From a virus, in IMG/VR virus record IMGVR_UViG_3300030390_000715, positions 32,001 to 96,000 of that record: a DNA stretch of 64,000 nt. One strand, 5' to 3'. The position numbers and the translations under genes are program-made. This document shows, one piece after another, positions 59,277 through 64,000 of the stretch (within the stretch, counting starts at the first letter, position 1; each line of letters opens with the position of its first letter). The notes below the pieces were generated by a model, which saw only the letters and a list, made by a program, of their open reading frames with translations, was not told the DNA's origin and did not search any database.

Positions 59277-59301
59277 AGCCTTCTTTCGAGAAGGCTTTTT
59301 T
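59277..59301 (+). terminator. Rho-independent terminator
   Basis: AGCCTTCT-TTCG-AGAAGGCT-TTTTT. Confidence 0.85.
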
Positions 59302-59309
59302 AATTCCAC

Positions 59310-59338
59310 TTGACAAATGGTAGAAGACCTGCTATAAT
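59310..59338 (+). promoter_or_regulatory. sigma70 promoter for thyX
   Basis: TTGACA-17-TATAAT. Confidence 0.8.
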
Positions 59339-59412
59339 ACAACCTGATCGACAATCTCGTAAATTGGTGAATTCCTAGGTGGTGCGTCGATCTTATTTTA
59401 ACTTAACTGGAG

Positions 59413-60075
59413 ATGTGTGTGGTAAATTTAATTGCGCTAAGTAAACCGAGCGCGTATAGTGAATGCAGAACAGCCGAAGAATTAGTAGCGTATACTGCGC
59501 GAGTAAGTAATCCGGCTAATCAAAATAACACTGGGACAGCAAGCAAGCTCCTCTCGTATCTCATTAGAGAAAATCATTGGTCGCCTCTAGAGATGGTTCA
59601 TATGACAATGGAAATTAAAACGACTAGAGATATTAGTCGCCAGATTTTACGTCATCGATCCTTCTCGTTTCAAGAGTTTAGTCAACGATATGCGGTGAGT
59701 GAGAATATAGACGTAGTTAGAGAAACACGATTACAAGATAAATCGAATCGTCAAAACTCTATAGAGACGGATGATAAACATGTACATCATGAATGGCTTG
59801 ACGCGCAGACTAAAGTTAGAACACTAGCAAAAGAGCAGTATCATAGGGCTCTTGATCTAGGTGTCGCGAAAGAGCAAGCGAGGTCATTGTTACCCGAAGG
59901 TCTTACCGAGACTACGCTATATATGTCGGGTAGTCTAAGATCGTGGGTACACTATTGCGATCTTAGAATGTCAAACGGTACACAGAAAGAACATATGGAA
60001 ATCGCTAAGTCCTGTTGGGAAATTATAGGACAGCACTTTCCTAGTGTAATTAATTCAATTGAAGATAAGGAATAA
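59413..60075 (+). CDS. thyX: Flavin-dependent thymidylate synthase
   Basis: HWSPLE, RHRSFSFQEFSQRY, EQAR..LP, TQKEH. Confidence 0.95.
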   Translation: MCVVNLIALSKPSAYSECRTAEELVAYTARVSNPANQNNTGTASKLLSYLIRENHWSPLEMVHMTMEIKTTRDISRQILRHRSFSFQEFSQRYAVSENIDVVRETRLQDKSNRQNSIETDDKHVHHEWLDAQTKVRTLAKEQYHRALDLGVAKEQARSLLPEGLTETTLYMSGSLRSWVHYCDLRMSNGTQKEHMEIAKSCWEIIGQHFPSVINSIEDKE

Positions 60076-60079
60076 AGAA

Positions 60080-60382
60080 ATGGGTATAGGAATATTGACG
60101 GGCCTAAGTAATTTAATAGGAGAAGTGGTATCGGTCGTAACAGTTTCTGGTGAGTATGTTGGCGTTTTTGAAGGTGAAGGCAAAGATGGCGAGATCGTCG
60201 TTAAAAATCCTCGAATGTTAATCGCAACTGAAGAAGGTGTAGGATTTGCGAGAGGTCTATGTATGACTGGTATGGCTGATGCGAAGATGGTACGGTTTAA
60301 AGACTATGTTTTTCTTACAGCCACTAATGATGATTTCGCAAATTCCTACAGAGAAGCGACCTCATTGATACAACGAGTGTGA
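60080..60382 (+). CDS. Conserved hypothetical (Sm-like) protein
   Basis: VSVVTVSGEYVG...NPR. Confidence 0.5.
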   Translation: MGIGILTGLSNLIGEVVSVVTVSGEYVGVFEGEGKDGEIVVKNPRMLIATEEGVGFARGLCMTGMADAKMVRFKDYVFLTATNDDFANSYREATSLIQRV

Positions 60383-60526
60383 ATAGCAAAAAAGCCAAGC
60401 TCTTCCGTAAAGTAGGAAAGGTTGACAAAAGGTCTAAGAAACTGTACAATACTTTAGATCACAAAGAGCGTGAAGTTCTTGGCGAAATATATGCTATTCT
60501 AAAAACTAAACAAAAGGTGAAATAAG

Positions 60527-61075
60527 ATGAACGTGTTCTACTTAGATAAAGACCCAGTAGTATGTGCTGAAATGCATAACGACAAGCACGTGGTAAAGAT
60601 GCTTGTAGAATACGCGCAACTTATGTCGACGGCTCATAGAATTATTGATGGTGAACACTGGGAGGGAAGAACTACAAACGGTCGCAGAATCGCAAGGTTC
60701 TTCCACCCAGACGCCGCTATGCAACATACTCTATATAAGGCTACTCACATGAATCATCCATCTGCGGTGTGGCTCCGAGAATCAGCACAGAATTATACGT
60801 GGTTGTACGATATGTGGACAGCATTACATCATGAGTTTGAACACAGATATGGCAAGTCTCACCTTTCATTCACTAAGCTAGAGTATTACTTGATATCCCC
60901 TCCCGAGGGTTTAACTGGTGTATCCGGCTTTACAGATCCACCTCCTGCTATGGGTCAATTCCCTGATTGTATCGTTCCGGGCGATTCAATAAAATCTTAT
61001 CGCAACTACTATCAAGTAGCTAAGAAGAGTTTTGCAGTGTGGACAAAACGCGACACACCCTATTGGTGGAAATAA
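60527..61075 (+). CDS. DenV-like pyrimidine dimer glycosylase family protein
   Basis: MNVFYLD, DKHVVKM..E..QL.STA, HMNHPS..W, YRNYY. Confidence 0.75.
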   Translation: MNVFYLDKDPVVCAEMHNDKHVVKMLVEYAQLMSTAHRIIDGEHWEGRTTNGRRIARFFHPDAAMQHTLYKATHMNHPSAVWLRESAQNYTWLYDMWTALHHEFEHRYGKSHLSFTKLEYYLISPPEGLTGVSGFTDPPPAMGQFPDCIVPGDSIKSYRNYYQVAKKSFAVWTKRDTPYWWK

Positions 61076-61238
61076 TGGCAACAAAAAATGACGTAACTGG
61101 AGATAGTATCCAGAGTAAGAAAAGCAGTAAGAACTATCGTGATAATTATGGAAACATATGGAAGAAACCCGATGAATCGCCAGTACCACATCGCGAGGAT
61201 ACGGATACAGATAATGAAACATATCGAAGAGGATACGA

Positions 61239-62012
61239 TTGATGGCTAAAAAAGTGACTGCTAAAAGAGTTAAACGTGCCAAGTTTGTGCCTAAACCCAA
61301 GAAGACGTTGATACCTCAACCTAATTGGAGTAAACTTGAAAAGGCTACGACCGAAGATCAGCGTATGCAAGCTTGGTTAGATTGTGATATGTTCGTGCAT
61401 TGTGAAGTGACTGATAAAGAATATCTTCACTCTATGAAGAAGTGGCTTAGAAAAGAAAGCGGTTGGGGTGTAAATGACGAGGTGCTTTTAATACCAGATA
61501 CGTTCTTAGTAGCTTGCGCAAAGCATGGTTGGAAAGCGATACGTCTGGGCTACATGCCGGTTGCAGTTCGAACGTCTTTATATAAGATACTAATGCCGTT
61601 ACTGAAAAATGCGCAGGCACTTAAAGATAAGGTCACGGGCGATCCATTGATTCACCCCACCGTATCTGATAAAGATGAAGATCATGCGCTATATCTGCCC
61701 AAAGTGAAAGAGTGGATTGTTTCGATTAAGCAATACCTCAAAGCGAGTAAGCATTACGAAGAATCGTCTGATGCGAAGTTAAGAATGCAATACCAAACAG
61801 CAACGACCTATCTGTATAATCTATCTGCTTATATGCGAACAGGCGTGTGGCTAGATTCGCATTACGGTGAGAAGCGAGAGTATAAGCAAGTATCTGTTTG
61901 CATAGCTCCCTCATATCGCCCAGACGGTACTATGAATAGAACGATAGGTGTCCACTATCCTGATGTTGGGGCTGTATGGACACGAGAAATGGAGTATCCG
62001 AATGAAGCTTGA
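61239..62012 (+). CDS. Hypothetical protein
   Basis: Long ORF with GAGG RBS. Confidence 0.6.
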   Translation: MMAKKVTAKRVKRAKFVPKPKKTLIPQPNWSKLEKATTEDQRMQAWLDCDMFVHCEVTDKEYLHSMKKWLRKESGWGVNDEVLLIPDTFLVACAKHGWKAIRLGYMPVAVRTSLYKILMPLLKNAQALKDKVTGDPLIHPTVSDKDEDHALYLPKVKEWIVSIKQYLKASKHYEESSDAKLRMQYQTATTYLYNLSAYMRTGVWLDSHYGEKREYKQVSVCIAPSYRPDGTMNRTIGVHYPDVGAVWTREMEYPNEA

Positions 62013-62232
62013 TGGAATGATGATGACGAAGAGTAGGTTCACTAAGATGGTCGAAGACTGGGTGCGTGAAAAGCGAATGCCCTACATGGATGCAGTCTGC
62101 GCTATATGTGAACAACACAAGATGGAGATCGAAGATGTTAAGAAGTACATATCTCCTGTTATAAAGAATAAGATAGAAGCTGAAGCAATGAGCCTAAACT
62201 ATCTTCCTCGCCAAAACACTTTACCAATTTAG
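62002..62232 (+). CDS. 33: Late transcription coactivator gp33
   Basis: YMDA....CE...E.E.....ISP.IK.KIE.EA..LNYL; adjacent to gp32. Confidence 0.8.
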   Translation: MKLDGMMMTKSRFTKMVEDWVREKRMPYMDAVCAICEQHKMEIEDVKKYISPVIKNKIEAEAMSLNYLPRQNTLPI

Positions 62233-62338
62233 CTATATACTAATGCGTAATAAAATGATTGACTTTGGTTGATCATTATGTTACAATACTCGAAGTACCA
62301 TAAACTGAAATACACTGTTAATAATAGGAACAAGAAAT

Positions 62339-63247
62339 ATGTCTTTTGCAAATTTAAAACGTAACCGCAATTCAATCGCAGACCTCGTATCTGCGGGCGC
62401 CACAAACACTGAAAAGAAAAACTATGACGATGATCGTCAATGGAAAGCGACGGTCGATAAAGCTGGTAATGGCTATGCCGTTCTCCGTTTCTTGCCTGCA
62501 CCAGAAGGTAATGAGACTCCATGGGCTAGATATTGGGACCATGGCTTTAAAGGACCTACCGGTCAATGGATGATCGAACGATCATTGACTAGTATCGGGC
62601 AACCATGTCCAATATCAGAAGCAAATAGTGCGCTCTGGAATTCGGGCAACGAAGATGATAAAGCTATCGTGCGTGATCGTAAGCGTAGGCTTCATTATGT
62701 ATCGAATGTATTGGTCGTAAGTGATCCGAGCAACCCTTCTAATGAAGGTAAAGTAATGCTCTATACTTTCGGTAAGAAGATTCATGATAAGATCATGGAT
62801 GTTATGCAACCTCAGTTTCAAGATGAAGCTCCACTTAACCCATATGATATGTGGGAAGGCGCAGACTTCAAATTGAAAATCAGAAATTGGGAGGGTTATC
62901 GCAACTATGATAAGTCAGAGTTCGCCAGTCAATCAGCCTTATTAGGTGGTGATGACGAGAAGCTTGAAGCATTGTATGCCAAGACATATGATTTACATGA
63001 GTACACAGATCCTGCTAATTACAAAACTTACGCAGAATTATCTGCTCGTCTAGCTCTTGTATTGGGTCAATCTAGTCCTCAAACTCTGGCTCATTCTGCA
63101 TCACTTGATGCTCAATCTCCTGCTCCTGCTCCTGCAAGCGCACCTCAACCCAGCATCCCAGCCGCTGATGCCGCAGTTCCATCATCCGCAGCCTCTGATG
63201 ATGATGATACTATGGCATACTTCAGTTCTCTAGCGGCTGAAGACTAA
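62339..63247 (+). CDS. 32: Single-stranded DNA-binding protein gp32
   Basis: DKAGNGYAVLRFLP, HGF, CP, GKKI, NYDKS, acidic tail. Confidence 0.95.
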   Translation: MSFANLKRNRNSIADLVSAGATNTEKKNYDDDRQWKATVDKAGNGYAVLRFLPAPEGNETPWARYWDHGFKGPTGQWMIERSLTSIGQPCPISEANSALWNSGNEDDKAIVRDRKRRLHYVSNVLVVSDPSNPSNEGKVMLYTFGKKIHDKIMDVMQPQFQDEAPLNPYDMWEGADFKLKIRNWEGYRNYDKSEFASQSALLGGDDEKLEALYAKTYDLHEYTDPANYKTYAELSARLALVLGQSSPQTLAHSASLDAQSPAPAPASAPQPSIPAADAAVPSSAASDDDDTMAYFSSLAAED

Positions 63248-63254
63248 ACTAATC

Positions 63255-63282
63255 GGGGTTGGCATTCGTCAACCCCTTTTTT
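63255..63282 (+). terminator. Rho-independent terminator
   Basis: GGGGTTGGC-ATTC-GTCAACCCC-TTTTTT. Confidence 0.85.
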
Positions 63283-63301
63283 AATTTGAAGGACTTATAT
63301 T

Positions 63302-64000
63302 ATGGATTACTCAACAATTCTCCAACTTTATTCACCATCGATTTTAGAATATATCTTTCTAGGAATTATATTATTAAGTTTCATTCTATATCTTTATAAT
63401 CCTAAGGAACATTGGTCGATAGAGATGCAGAAGCGATTCGAATACCAGAACATGCCCGTATTAATACCAGTCCCTATCATAACTAAAGATATGGGATTCT
63501 GGAGTGCAATGAGAACTTGGCTATTCACTCGAAGGACCTTTGAGCTAGGTGAAGATTTTAATTTTTCATTAAGAAGATATGGCACAGATTTTATTATACC
63601 AAAAGGATTTCGTACAGACTGCGCCTCTATACCTAGATTTCTTGGCGCATTCTTATCTCCGACTGGTCTTCTTTTGATTCCAGGAATCGTTCACGATTAT
63701 TGCTATCGAACAGGATACTATCCACCCGCGCCGGGTAGTGAGTTTTTCTATGTAGACGCTATTTCGCGAAAGGAATCAGATATTTGGTTTCGTGAAATCG
63801 CTACTTCGGTCAACGGTTTTGTTGTATTGAACCATATCGCGTATGTAGCACTAAGACTAACCGGATGGTGGGGATGGAAAGGGAGTGCTAGTGAACAAAC
63901 AAAATGGTGGCTTAAACCAGGCTTTATCTTTTGGATTCTTGCCGCAGTCGTGTTGACCCTTTACTCTTGTAACGTACCTAGGTATGATATAATATATACA
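63302..64000 (+). CDS. DUF1353-family protein (runs off the window end)
   Basis: IPKGFRTDCASIPR...VHDYCY...RKESD..F. Confidence 0.75.
   Translation, partial: MDYSTILQLYSPSILEYIFLGIILLSFILYLYNPKEHWSIEMQKRFEYQNMPVLIPVPIITKDMGFWSAMRTWLFTRRTFELGEDFNFSLRRYGTDFIIPKGFRTDCASIPRFLGAFLSPTGLLLIPGIVHDYCYRTGYYPPAPGSEFFYVDAISRKESDIWFREIATSVNGFVVLNHIAYVALRLTGWWGWKGSASEQTKWWLKPGFIFWILAAVVLTLYSCNVPRYDIIYT

Noticed and set aside
1-64000. Alternative genetic code or stop-codon recoding
   Set aside because: Conserved genes are full length under the standard code and all three stops are used

Overview
64 kb of a large T4-like (myovirus-type) phage genome, almost entirely + strand. The host is probably a Gammaproteobacterium; this is inferred from the sigma70 promoters and a captured PheS fragment. 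T4-superfamily hallmarks are gp32, gp33, DsbA, a GroES/gp31-like chaperonin, DNA ligase, NrdA/NrdB, ThyX, dCMP deaminase, a DenV-like glycosylase, spanins, a T4-type lysozyme and TATAAATA late promoters. No head or tail core genes are in the window. Accessory content includes arrays of small early genes behind repeated sigma70 promoters, a ~10 kb glycosyltransferase/radical SAM island, two TET-associated-type glycosyltransferases, a carbamoyltransferase and a heme oxygenase-bilin reductase-YbaN module. Most notable observations: (1) a 207-nt intergenic RNA with tRNA-like ends (7-bp acceptor stem, T-arm, encoded CCA); (2) two gene-cassette arrays joined by a shared GGAGAAAGTGATG junction that carry isolated host-derived domains (PheS N-terminal arm, MqsA Zn domain); (3) a set of putative capsid-targeted, protease-processed enzymes and polyproteins; (4) an in-frame 33-bp repeat that builds tandem consensus promoters; (5) a glutaredoxin inserted into NrdA. 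All family calls come from motif recognition, not database searches.
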